64,000 nt of DNA from Geosiphon pyriformis uo1 (Eukaryota; Fungi; Glomeromycota), in the NCBI GenBank assembly GCA_016748015.1, contig JAAOMT010000379.1, positions 172,042-236,041 on the forward strand. Direction: 5' to 3'. The notes beneath the pieces were generated by a model, which was not told the DNA's origin, did no database searches, and saw only the letters and a list, made by a program, of their open reading frames with translations. Position 1 is the stretch's first letter. The number at the start of each line of letters is the position of its first letter. The translations under genes were made by a program, and so were the position numbers. Shown here one piece after another: positions 11,301 through 24,023 of this stretch.

Positions 11301-13350
11301 GTGCATTTAAATGTCCCGCCTCTTCTGCTTTTAAATAGATTTCTAATGCTTTTTCGGAATTTTTTGTTGTTCCTTCTCCATCATCATAACAAACTGCAAG
11401 ATTGTATTGTGCAAGTGTATTACCCTCCCCTGCAGCTTTTGAATAGATTTCAAATGCTTTTTCTGGATTTGTTGTCGTTCCTTCTCCATTATCATAACAA
11501 AGTGCAAGATGGTATTGTGCACATAAATGTCCCGCCTCTGCAGCTTTTGAATAGAGCCTAAATGCTTTTTCTGAATTTTTTATCGTTCCCCTTCCATTAG
11601 CATAACAATTTGCAAGATTGTATTGTGCATTTAAATGTCCTGCCTCTGCAGCTTTTGAATAGAGTTTAAGTGCTTTTTTTGAATTTTTTGTCGTTCCCCT
11701 TCCGTTGGCATAACAAAGTGCAAGATTAAATTGTGCTTTTAAATGTCCTGCCTCTGCAGCTTGTGAATAGAGTTTAAATGCTTTTCGCTCATTTGCTGTC
11801 GTTCCTTCTCCATTAGCATAACAAAGTGCAAGATTGTATTGTGCATCTAAATGTTCTGCCACTGCAGCTTTTGAATACAGTTCAAATGCTTTTTCTGAAT
11901 CTTTTGTCGTTCCTTCTCCATTATCATAACAAACTGCAAGATTGTATTGTGCATTTAAATGTCCTGCCTCTGCAGCTTTTAAATAGAGTTCAAATGCTTT
12001 GTCAGAATTTGTTGTCGTTCCTTCTCCATTAGCATAACAAAGTGCGAGATTGAATTGTGCAAGTGTATTACCCGCCTCTGCAGCTTTTGAATACAGTTCG
12101 AATGCTTTTGCAGAATTTTTTGTCGTTCCCCATCGGTTAACATAACAAAGTGCAAGATTGTATTGTGCAAGTGTATTACCCGCCTCTGCAGCTTTTGAAT
12201 ACAGTTCGAATGCTTTGTCAGAATTTGTTGTCGTTCCTTCTCCATTAGCATAACAAAGTGCAAGATTGTATTGCGCAAGTGTATTACCAGCCTCTGCTGC
12301 TTTTGAATACAGTTCGAATGCTTTTTCTAAATTTGTTTTCGTTCCCCTTCCATTAGCATAACAAAGTGCAAGATTGTATTTGGCAAGTGTATTACCTGCC
12401 TCTGCAGCTTTTGAATAGAGTTCAAATGCTGTTGCTAAATTTTTTGTCGTTCCCCTTCCATTATCATAACAAAGTGCAAGATTGTATTGTGCATTTAAAT
12501 GTCCCGCCTGTGCAGTTTTTGAATAGAATTCGAATGCTTTTCCCTCATTTTTTATCGTTCCCCTTCCATTAGCATAGCAATTTGCAAGATTGAATTGGGC
12601 ATTTAAATGTCCCGCCTCTGCAGCTTTTGAATAGAGTTCGAATGCTTTTTCAGAATTTTTTATCGTTCCTTCTCCATTAGCATAACAAAGTGCAAGATTG
12701 TATTGCGCATCTAAATGTCCTACCTCTGCAGCTTTTGAATACAGTTCGAATGCTTTTTCAGAATTTTTTGTCGTTCCTTCTCCATTATCATAACAAACTG
12801 CAAGATTGTATTGTGCAATTAGATGTCCCGCCTCTGCAGCTTTTAAATAGAGTTCAAATGCTTTTTCGTCATTTTTTGTTATTCCCCATCCATTATCATA
12901 AAAAAGTGCAAGATTGTATTGTGCAAGTGTATTACTCGCCTCTGCAGCTTTTGAATAGAGTTCATATGCTTTTCCTTGATCTTTAGAAGTACCAGTTCCA
13001 TTATCATAACAACGTCCCAAGAAGAATTGTCCAAGAGAGTCTTTTGCATTCGCTGCTTTCTGATATTCTAAAAATGCTTTTGTTAAATTAGGAATAGTTC
13101 CAATCCCATATTCTAAGGAAAAGCCGAGTAAAATATGGTGTATCGAACGATTTGAACTTTTCTTTTTCAAATAATTGAATAAGTCTTCAGGTGTTTGCTG
13201 ATTACGTACAAGATGATTTTTAACTAAGTCAGCAACTTTTGAATATTCACTAGCTGGAAAAATGGCCAAACTTTCTTTGATGACTAGAAATGCCCCTTCC
13301 TTTTGAATTGATGAAGTTGAAGAACAGATTTTCAAGCAACACAAATACAT
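8302..13350 (-). CDS. Sel1-like repeat (about 30 repeats) + Cys-rich linker + tyrosine-kinase-like protein kinase
   Basis: Joins ORFs 9202-13356 and 8363-9064 through intron 9152-9228; probable last intron 8322-8388 ending NALDCAI*. Motifs: 36-aa AQYNLAxCYxNGxGTxKNxEKAFELYxKAAEAG repeats; WKSGNDNIDQYI..LEWI; GAGGFG; VALK; HGDLHPGN; DLG; APE; SDIYSF. Confidence 0.93.
10125..12932 (-). repeat. Coding tandem array of 26 highly similar 108-bp Sel1 units
   Basis: 108-bp periodicity with recurrent gcaagattgtattgtgcatttaaatgtcc; counted as repeats 3-28 of about 30. Confidence 0.95.
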
Positions 13351-16300
13351 TATCAAACTTTAATATTTTGGATGAGTAAAGAAGGATTTTTAAAGCGTTC
13401 GTCTTGCTAATAAATAGGGATTTCAATCTATAATCACAATCCCGAAAAGGCTAGGTCTTGATAGAATCTGAAATGCTAGAAAGTTCTGAAAATAGATGCT
13501 GTATTAAATTGCTTAAACAGATAGAGATCGTCTGAAAATGAAAACCTTAACACTTTAATTGGTGATTGGTGGTTTGAAATGCATAATCTAACTTTAAAGT
13601 TGCAGATGGCCTTCTCTAACCCCCCTAGCAGTTTCCGAAAATTATTTTCAATATGAGAATAAGAAAAAGTTCATCACTTTTACAGTAATTAAGGCTCTCG
13701 CTTGAGTAAACTTTATCTTGGATTTCAACGAGTCGATCAAACCAACTTAATTAAAGCATTATTTAGAAACTGCTTTTTAATGAAAAAATCTGGTTATCAA
13801 TTGAATATCAAAGCTTCTACTTTCATATCTACCTTCTTATATAGCGTTTATTTAAATTTTCCTTAAGCTCCACAATTAGCTTCTGTGACGAATCTAGAAA
13901 TTTTTAATTGTCATCCGTGTTATCCTTTTTAGCTGTTTTATTATCAGTTCTAAATCAATCACCTTATCACTAAATTTTTTCTTAATTTAAGAAATCTATT
14001 CATAACATCAAAAGGTATTTTTCAAATATGTTTTTCACTCGTAACGTCATGAGATTTTTCTAGTCGAGTTTTTAAATTAGATTCTTCAGATTGAAATTAT
14101 AAATATGGGTAAGACGATTTAACAAGTGTTTTAGGAACTAATAAATTAATTTTATATATTAGTTTTTGCTGACTAAAAGTTTATAAATTAAAACTATTTT
14201 CTTAAAATAAAAATCTTTTTTTGAGAAAATGGTTTGTTTATTTAATTAAAGAGAAAAGAATATATTTTAAATGAAAATCATGGCAATTGATTTATAGCAT
14301 TTAATTAGCAACACAATAAAATTTGACAATCAAATCATTATGAAAAAAATAATCCCCAGAATGTGTCCGAGTTTTCTCGATTCATTATTTCAAATCTCAA
14401 ATTTATAATTCACCTTATTTTCACAGTTATTACTTCTTTTTAAGACACAAAAGAAAACAGGTCCTTCAACACTGCTACACCATATCTCCAAACCGCCCAT
14501 GCACATAATCCTTTTTTGGTTCACGAGGAAATGGCATCATGTTGATTGATAACACGATAAGTAGTTTTTTATGTTCTACAGGATTTGCAAATTTTTTGTT
14601 ATCAATGAGAGGCTGATCGAATGTAATTACCATTGGTCAAAAGCTTTTTAGAACGCCGTAATTGTGCATAAACTTTAAATAAGAATTAAGTTCTTTGTAA
14701 AAAACACTCACCTCTTCCAGAACCAATTCGGCAATTGTAATTTCGGGTAAAGTGTAGTATTTTATAAAACTATAAACATTAGAATTATATTTATCACTCC
14801 AAAGGAGAAACTTTCCATATTGAGAATTAGTCACTGGTGAAGCTTTCACTAAGGAGAAAATACTATTAAGAATATATGCTGATAATATGTAAATTAAAAA
14901 TAATGCAGGCTTCTCGAATAATATTGAAACGTTTGGAATTTTGATATCGAATCAAATTTAAGGATTTAAAGAAATAACTTTATTTTTTGCAATGAAATAC
15001 TTTTATCAAAAATTTTGAATTTAAGTGATATTTATGGAGGAAAAAAATTTACAAGGAGCATCTTTTTGAATGATATTTTATATATCTTCTTCCTAATGAA
15101 GAACTTATTATTATATGTGCCTGCAATTGAACTTTATTACCATTTAATTGTTTTGGATTTATAAACATAATATCAAATCTTTTACAATAAACTTTTCTGG
15201 GAATCACTTTAAAATTTTTAATATGTTTAGATCGAATACTAGAAATCTGTTTGCTTTTAAAAATATTCTTTTAGCTATATTTTCTTTTCTCAATTCTTAT
15301 GCCAAGAATTTTGGCCATTGATATAATAATGGCCGACATATTGAATCAAGAAGATTTAATATTGCCTCAAATTAATATATTTTATCAGATATTTTTTTAA
15401 ATTTAAATTTTTTGTAAAAATAATAGTTGGTATAGTATTAGTTTTGAAAAAAGGTAAATGCCTTAGTGATTATCTTTTTTTCTATAAAATATAGAACTAT
15501 TAATATGAGTGCAATAATAGCAATTGCAATTTACCTCAATTTGTGTTCTTCTCAAAGATTAAGTGAAAGAATCAATAGTTAAAGAAATGAGTATTAAATG
15601 ATATGCAGATTGATCCCAGCCATATATTTCCACGGGTTCCCTTGATGCTTCATTATACTCTGCATCTTTTAAAAATTATTACCGACCACAATACTAACCA
15701 AATAATCTTTATTCGGTTGATTAAATGCCCTTGCTTTGATGATTCTATTATCTATATGACAATATTATGGGTTTCCAGAAAGAGTTTGTCTCAGAATTGG
15801 GTTAGTTTAATTGAATTAATAAATATAATATTATTGAATAATGAAATTTTCGTGCTGTGCCAATAGAATTATCGTGTTACAAGAAGGCGAAATAATATAA
15901 GCTTTATGAGAAAAAATAATGCCACAATCGCTATCAAGTCTAATTATCTTTGATATTCCCTCTTGAAGTCAAAGAACAAGTCCGGGACAAAAATGGAAAA
16001 ATTTACGTTTACTCACAATCTAACCAATTCGGAACCGATTTGCATTCTGTAACATACTATAACATAAAAGGTAAGTGGCTAAGTCTTTTTTTAAAAAACC
16101 TTTACTTTGAAATGTCGGTTTCCCAAGACAGAAATGCAACGCTTAGCCGTGGAAGGAGGGTAAACAAAGTGCAAAAGAAATACAATAAGGCTAGAAGAAA
16201 CAAGAACAGTAAACCATGTGGGTGGAAATGGACGACGAAAGAAAATTATGGATACCCTAATCAGGTTAGCGGGATCGATGAAATGGCTAGTTTTTAGCTT

Positions 16301-17712
16301 TAAAATAAAAAATTGCTTATTTAATTTGATTTGTTAGTTGAGATACAATAGCCATTTAATTGATTTCCATTTTTTTTGGTCCCAGACTGTAAGTGGATTG
16401 AATCAATCACCCATCCAAAAATATAAACACAACTTTTTATGGAAAGATTTAAGGTTTTAACTCCTCAATTTACGAAAAAACAATTACCCGTGTACATAAA
16501 TAAAGCTAATTTTTAAATATCAAAAAAGATATTCTTATAAATAATTAGGTGGTGATTCAAATTCTAACCCAATTGAAAAAGCAAGTTCAAGAAAATAATT
16601 AAGAATTTCATTTTTAATTTCGATTAGCCTGGAAAAGGTTCTTTTTTAAATATTTATAATTTTATTTCCTTGTTCCTCTATTTGCACACCAGAAATCTTA
16701 ATTATTAAGAGTTTTTTCCATTATTAATGAAATATACAACGGTAGCCAACAACCCAATCAATTATTCAAAGCAACTTGATGCTTGGATTCATTAATGAAA
16801 TAATGGCGTTCTAGATGATTTGTTCCAGCCTAACCCCCTACACAGGTCGGTGGTCCTATGTTAAAAATTCGGCACAATAACCAATTTTGAACATAGGATT
16901 ATTAATTTAAAGAAATATGTTCACATAATGAATATTGAAAATTTTAAATACCATATACCCATTCATTTCTTTCTTTAAAAATTCACTTCACAAAGCATCA
17001 GATGAGCTTTTAATGAGAGTCTAAAAATGCTTTTAGGTATTAACAATTTATTGTATCATATCACTTTAGGATTATTTTGAAAATTTTTTTATAATGGGAT
17101 AAATCCAATTCTAATTCTGCTTGTATTTTGTATTCTGTCAATGCTAAGGCTTTCAAAGTTTAAAAAATTATTTGAAAAACGCAAAACAATGAAATAAAAG
17201 TTAAAATAAAAACATTCTTAACATTTTTGGGAATAAATATATTGAAAATAAAATTTTCAGCTAATTTTTTCTATTTAATACAGTACAAACATTTTTTTCA
17301 TATGAATTATGAGTTTCTAAAAACTTTCATGGCTAAAAATATAAAAATATTCAAAATTTAAAGCTTGGCAAATATGATTTTAATTATTTGGAAAAATATT
17401 TAAAAATTTTGATAAATTTTGATTAATCTCTTTATAAATGATTATATTTTTTGCAAATAAAAAACCTGGTTGAATTATTAATTTTTTACAAGCCATTTTA
17501 ATGTTTTGTAGTTTTCAATTTTTTTTAAAAATAATCTTGGTTTACTGAAAATATAATAAAATTCATATAATATGTTCAACTTTTTTGATTAAATAGCTAT
17601 ATATTATTTAATATAAACCATTATATTTAATCAAAATTGAATTAAAAACAAAAAGTAATAACTGATCTTTAATTTTGAGAGCGATGAAAAATTTTAATTT
17701 ATAATAGAACCA

Positions 17713-17713
17713 A

Positions 17714-17738
<25 letters not shown>
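17713..17738. repeat. (TA)n microsatellite
   Basis: Direct reading. Confidence 0.9.
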
Positions 17739-17745
<7 letters not shown>

Positions 17746-18419
17746 AGAATAATTAGTTAGAAAATAATCAAAGGAATAATCAACTAATATAAAATTTATT
17801 AATTTAAAAAATTAATTAATTAGAAGAATGAACAATTAAGAAAATAATTAACTAAAAAGATAAAATTTGGTCAGTTGAAAAAAAAATTATCAAGCAAAAA
17901 TTTATATTATCCTATGCTGCCTTAAAAAATATTTTTATAATGTACTGAATTATGCTTTTAAAATAATTAGATGATTTAATGGACTCATTCTTTATGGATT
18001 TTAAATATAGATTGTACATTTCTCACAGCAAAACTGGTAGGCTATGAACCCATTTAGCAGAGTTTGCAATCAGCCATTTTGTGGCTTTGGAGATACATAA
18101 CATATATTCTTTGAGCTTATAATGAGGCATTTTCTTACAAATCTCACTTACTCAAAATTTTTTTGAAAAGATCATGAAGAACTTTAAATATTGGAATAGT
18201 CAATTTACGCCACCTGCACAGATGTCCTTTGCGCATAAAACTTCCAGATTCTCCACAAGTAAAGCTGTTACTTCATCAGAGTTAGTCAATTTACTTTTAA
18301 GTTGAAACAATATAGTAATAGTTTTTATAAAACCCATTTTTATATAGTTCGAGATCTCAAAGAGTGGATTTTCTCACAAAATTAAACCCTTGAAAGAGTT
18401 TTCAGCTTGTCTTCAAGAA

Positions 18420-18960
18420 AATTATCAGCCAAAATTTGGTTATCTGGTTAGGTATCTTTATAACTACGAACTGGGAACGATATATAATGAAAAGTAAACC
18501 TTTAATTTGTACTAAAAAAGCGCTGAAATTGATTATCGATTAGGTCAAGCTCGATACAGATATTGTTACATTGACTTGATTGGGATCAGTCAAGATAAGC
18601 ACCAAGCTTTGTCTGGTTCAAAAAGTAGCCGAGGCTAGTAATATTGTAGCCCAGAATGATCTTGCCAGTTGTTATAAACAGAGAGAAGGAACTAATGCAA
18701 ATAGTCTAAAGGCATTCTATTAGTATCAGAAGGCAGCCGCGATTGGTGGTCTCGGATCACAGTATGAACTTTCTGGTTTCTATTCTATTGGATATTGTAT
18801 AAAAAAGATTCTACCATGGCATTTAAAGGGTGTTATAAGAAAGCACTAAATGGGTTTCATTCGGCACAATATCGAATTGGGCGAATATTGTGAAGATAGA
18901 ATTGGGGTTTCGAAAGATATTCATTTAGTTATAAAGTGGTTTCGATTGGCTGATAGATGT
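18420..18960 (+). pseudogene. Degenerate Sel1-repeat gene remnant (about 4-5 repeats)
   Basis: IGISQDKHQA..VAEASNIVAQNDLASCYKQREGTNANSLKAFY*YQKAAAIG..AQYRIG..IGVSKDIHLVIKWFRLA, with stops and frameshifts. Confidence 0.8.
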
Positions 18961-21900
18961 TTCTTTTGTGCTGATCCAGCTGGTTGATAGCCAAACATAC
19001 TTAAAAAGTTTGGATCCTTGTGATGAAGTGGCAGATTGTTAATCTCCATTGTTTCACTTCTAACAATTTTAATATATAAAATACTTAAAAATTTGATGTA
19101 TTTTAAAACAGAAAAATCTTTAATTCTGAAGTAAAACAAATAATCCAATTTAGATATAAAATATGAATATTTTCACTAAATTCTGGCTTCATCTCAAAAA
19201 AACAAACTGTACAAAACTTATTCAAATTTGCTTCATCATTTGACAATATAATTAAGCTCTGGCTGTTGAAAATATTTTTCCAATTCAGGTTGATTTAAAA
19301 TAAAAAAAAGAAGATTCATAAAATTATTCTTTTCTTAAAATTATTTGGTTTATTTAGAATTAAATTCATGTTATTTAAACGTGTTAAATTAAACTTTATC
19401 AATCCAATAATAATAATTTTTGTGTATCATAAACACTGTTGTTCAGATGCTCTTGCATTTTTTACTTATAGAGAAAAGTTAATTTCAAATCTGTGAAATT
19501 GATTTTCTGTTTCAACTAATGCGGCAAACAATGAAAAAAACTTCAAATTTTTGTTAAATATCAATATTAGCCATCTGGCTATTAAGATAAATATAATATG
19601 TCACATTTAATTGCTATGGCTATTAAGAATCAATTAATATAAGTAATAATATGAAATAACATATTCAACACACCGGATCAATTGCTTCAAAGCATCTTAT
19701 TTCCAATAATATGCACAATATGCAATAAAACAGTGGTGAAATTTGGATAGCTATTAATGTTGTGCACATAGCATGAATACATTTAATATTTTTTGTATAT
19801 TTATTTATGTAATAATAATAATAATAATAATTAAATGTATATAAAATTAAAAAATAAAATATCGAGAAAACTAATTATTTTCAAACAAAGAAGCAGTTAA
19901 AAAAATCAAGTCATTAAATAAATACTATGTTAATTTGAAAGCTCAGTCTTATTTAAATTGTGAAGTGAAAATTTTAAATTTGTTGATTCAAATTTGGAAT
20001 TGTAGGACAATAACATTGTTTTTTTTAGATTTAGTTTGATAGTACATTTTGTTATCTATAATTTGATAACATTGCTTTTGGTTAAATATACAAATAATAT
20101 AAATACTTATGACCAATTCAGATTTGGTTAATTTCAATACTAACTTTCAAAGATTTTTTATTTATAAGATGTCAAACTTTATTAAAAAAATTTAATGGCA
20201 AAATTTATTACTTTTTTAAAGTGAAAGAATATGAAATTCAAACAAAATACATAATTAAATCTAAACTCAAAAAAAGATCAATGGAATATATGTATGCAGA
20301 TAAATGGTCAAAAAAAAGTTCAGAGAATATATCATGAGCAATAAAGCAATGTATTCGTCAAAATTGTTAATCTCCACAAGAATTTGTCCAAAAGTTATTA
20401 AAAATGAAGGTGTATATCTTTTATAGAATACTGAAAAAGCATTTAAGTAATTTTAAATACAAAGAAGCTTTTTTGGCTGCTCTTATGCTTATTAGTTCCA
20501 AAAAAAGCACATAAAATAGATTGAAGAGTTTTTACTGATAAACCAATTTCTTATTTATTTGAAATACAATATAAAAGAACATTATAAATTCGTGTTATGC
20601 TAAAAATTGAGAAAATATTTTACTTGAAAAGGCTTTTATAAGTTTATTTCCTTGAAATTAGAAAAATGTTACAAAGTCAAGAGTGATTTTAGCAAGATAA
20701 TGAGCCAAAAGATAAAATTTAATTGCTCAAGAATTTTTGTAAAACATATTTTTAAGAAAAATATAAAAAGATAAATATCTGACATGTTTAAATAATTATT
20801 AGAGTTTATGCAAAAAGAGTGACAAAGGATCTCAATAAAAAGACAGTGCAAATTTTTGATCAAAGTTAAGGATAAAAATTAAAACTTGATTTTTTATATT
20901 ATTTTATGCATAATTTATAAAAAATATGATTATTTATCATAATTAAAAGCATATTTTCAGGCTATTTATTAATTTGATTTTAAAGAATAATTTTCTTCTT
21001 ATTATATAATAATATGTTTATATTTTGATTATTATAAAAATAATGAAATTAAATAATTATTTTAAAAAATTAAGTTTTCAAAAATATATATTTAAATAAT
21101 AATATATCCAAAATAAAAATAAAATAAATTATAAATTAATAAAAGTTTTATCATATATCTGATAAAAATATATAAGTATTATAATTTTGATAATCGCTTA
21201 CTAATATTTTTTATTTTTTTATTTTACTTGCCTTTAAAAACTTAAAACACAAAGCTATTGAATTCACATTATTTAAATTATTTAAGATATAATTTTTGAG
21301 TTTAAAGAGCATTAAAAAATAAAATTTTGTTTTTTCATTATTATAACAACCTTGAACAGTTATTTAATACCAGCTGGTAGTTTTAATAATAAAATTGCTT
21401 CAAATAAGAACGTGTTGAAGCGGGGTATTAGATTTAGAATAAATTCATAATTTTCGGAATTCAAAAACTTGGAGTTATTTCATTCTAATGGTTGGATTTT
21501 ATTATCCAACAAAAAGGAAATATCTCCATCATCTTAAATTTTATAAATTAAGGATTTTGAAAGGACATGAGATTGTTTTTCAATTGGTTCAACGCTTCAC
21601 TTACAAATAACTTATAGACTACAAAGTAGTGATATAACATTTCTTTCTAAATAATATTGAGATTACTATGAAACAAATTAGTAAAGTGACAAAAAAAATA
21701 TCCTTTAATAATTATTTAGATAAAATAAGTTAATTGACACATTTAAAAGGTAAATTTATTTTCTGATGAATATGTATTTGAATCTTTGAATATCATATTT
21801 ATTATGTGAGAAAAGATCAATCTTTTCTTCCTGGGAATTAGGTTTTAACAAGTGACCTTTCGGACATTTTCTGAACTTTTATTTTGACAATTCATAAAAA

Positions 21901-22432
21901 CTTTTGCCAAAATATTCTCCATGATTATCATAATACGAGAAGTTTTTAAGTCATGATCGCAATTATTGCATTCCTATAAATCTTAAACCATAAAAATTTT
22001 AATGTTTTTGAAAAATTGAGGTTCATTTAGATATTTTAGATGGCAATGCGCTGTTCAGGCTAAATTTCCTTTGCTAACAAAAATTTTCAAAGAAAATTCA
22101 ACCTTAATTAGAATTTTCATATAAACTACCAATAGAGTTCCCTTTTTGTGAAAAAGCTTTTTTCATGTCTATTTTTTTTGATTTTTCGTCTTTTGAAACC
22201 AGCCAATTTTCAGTAAAATTTATTTTAGCCAATGAAATCAATTGCGGAGGTGATTAAAATAATTAAAAGTTGGTTTATTTTGTTTCAAATAATCATAACT
22301 TTAGACGAGACAAAAAATTTACAAAAATGATAAAAATATTAATCGTTATGATTTGTGCCACCAAAATTTGGTTTGATTCCAAAAAAGAAACCATTTTTTT
22401 GTTAAAATATTCTCAAGTTTGAGAAGAGAATG

Positions 22433-22450
22433 ATTATTATTATTATTATT

Positions 22451-22488
<38 letters not shown>
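22433..22488. repeat. Compound (ATT)n(GTT)n microsatellite upstream of the first lipase-like gene
   Basis: Direct reading. Confidence 0.9.
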
Positions 22489-22627
22489 ATTTTATTATTG
22501 TTAATAGATACCCAAATTTTTTCCTACAAATCGATTCCAAAAATTAGCTCCGAAACCTGTTCATTTATTTTTGATATTTGAACAAAAATTTGAGAATTAT
22601 TTTCACTTTCGAAAGTTAGCTTTAAAA

Positions 22628-24023
22628 ATGATTCACTTATTCAAAATCTCATTCTTTTCTCTATTGATTCTAATTTCTCATCTTTATAAAATTAAAGTGA
22701 TTACAGCCAAAGATATTATTATTTTACCAACATTAAAAGAGAAAATTTACTTTCAGAAATTTAATAATTTATTTCAAAATGATTTCAAACTGATTCAAGA
22801 GCCGCCTTTTCTCAAACAGAAACATTTTAACACTGCACCTATTAAGAAAAGAATTTTTTTTAACCAATCCTCTGCTACATCCAGTACTGATGATGTAACC
22901 TTTGTAAAAGAAATTATTGAAGATAAAAATATTTTGCGTGAGCTAGCTTCTAATGCAGCTTTTGCATGGAACGCATCTTGTCAACAAGTTATTCAAACGA
23001 ATGAAACGAATGAAAAGTTCTCCTTAGGGAATCAAATTCGGGGTTATTATATATATTCATTATCATTTTTCATAAAGGGAAACAAAAATTTCTTAACTCA
23101 AATTTATTTAAATAATTATTTGAAAAAACAGTAATAATTTCAGGAACGACAATTTCTTTTGTTGCTTCATTGTATAACTGGAATTCGATCTTAAAATATA
23201 CACTACGCAATATGTGGGATGCCATACCTTACCCACATGTAAAAGAAGGGTATATCTTGAAACAATTTTATGAGAGTTGGCAAGAAAAAGAGCCTCTATT
23301 TTGGGAAAAATTAAAAGGCTTTGAAATGACAAATAAGTTAAAAAATCGCTTGACCTTTACCGGTTTAGGAATTGGAGCTGGTGAATGAAATTAATTTTTC
23401 GATAATAAAAAAATTCATAAAGTAAAATTTTAATTTATCAAGTTTTTTGACTTTTAGTCTTCGCCGTACTTGCTGCACTTGAATATAAAAGGAAACATCT
23501 GAAAGCATCAATAACTCTTATTACCTTTGGCCAACCACGAGTTGGGAATGAATTATTTGTGCATTACACCGAACACTTGCTCCAAAAAGTTTGGAGGGTC
23601 ACTTATGGTGATGATTGGATGCCTAATTTTCCAGTTGAGGGGCTTGATCGTGGACAATGGTGGCCTTTACATAAAAATCCGATATCTTCCAGGGTTATAT
23701 ACAGACACTTTCAAAAAGAAATTTGGATAGAGCCTCAATGTGACTGCTCAAATCCAAAGATATATTTGTGTTTTCATACGGCTACTCTACATGAAAATGA
23801 GGTAATTTTTGAATTTATCCTCCGAATTTATTGATCTAGTATTCTAAATTTACAATAAACCACTTTAAAGGAATGTAATGCGAGAAACCATCTCCATAGG
23901 GTCAATTATCTAGGAAACAAATTAAAAGATTCATTAAGTAGCTACAAAGAATCGCATCCTGATGATGATCATTATGGTCCCTATTTCGGCCACACCATGT
24001 TCCACAATTGTCCCGAATTTTGA
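22628..24023 (+). CDS. Secreted class-3 lipase-like protein, catalytic Ser absent (GLGIG)
   Basis: Signal peptide MIHLFKISFFSLLILISHL; TFTGLGIGA|VFAVLAA; ITFGQPRVGN; RVTYGDDWMP; HFQKEIWI; ECN..DHYGPYFG..C*. Four exons. Confidence 0.88.

Noticed and set aside
10125-12932. Regular repeat array as a CRISPR-like locus
   Set aside because: In-frame coding repeats with no unique spacers and no cas genes, in a eukaryotic context.
10134-12986. Several repetitive ORFs on the opposite strand or in alternative frames
   Set aside because: Shadows of the 108-bp Sel1 repeats.
14416-14930. Minus-strand reading with a signal-peptide-like segment (..SLVKASPVT..)
   Set aside because: No in-frame ATG, several stops and no recognisable family; may be a decayed secreted gene.
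15840-16400. Coding-like stretch with a splice donor
   Set aside because: No recognisable domain; broken frames.
19400-20900. Possible hAT/MULE relic (CCAHSMN)
   Set aside because: Single short motif, too degenerate to call.
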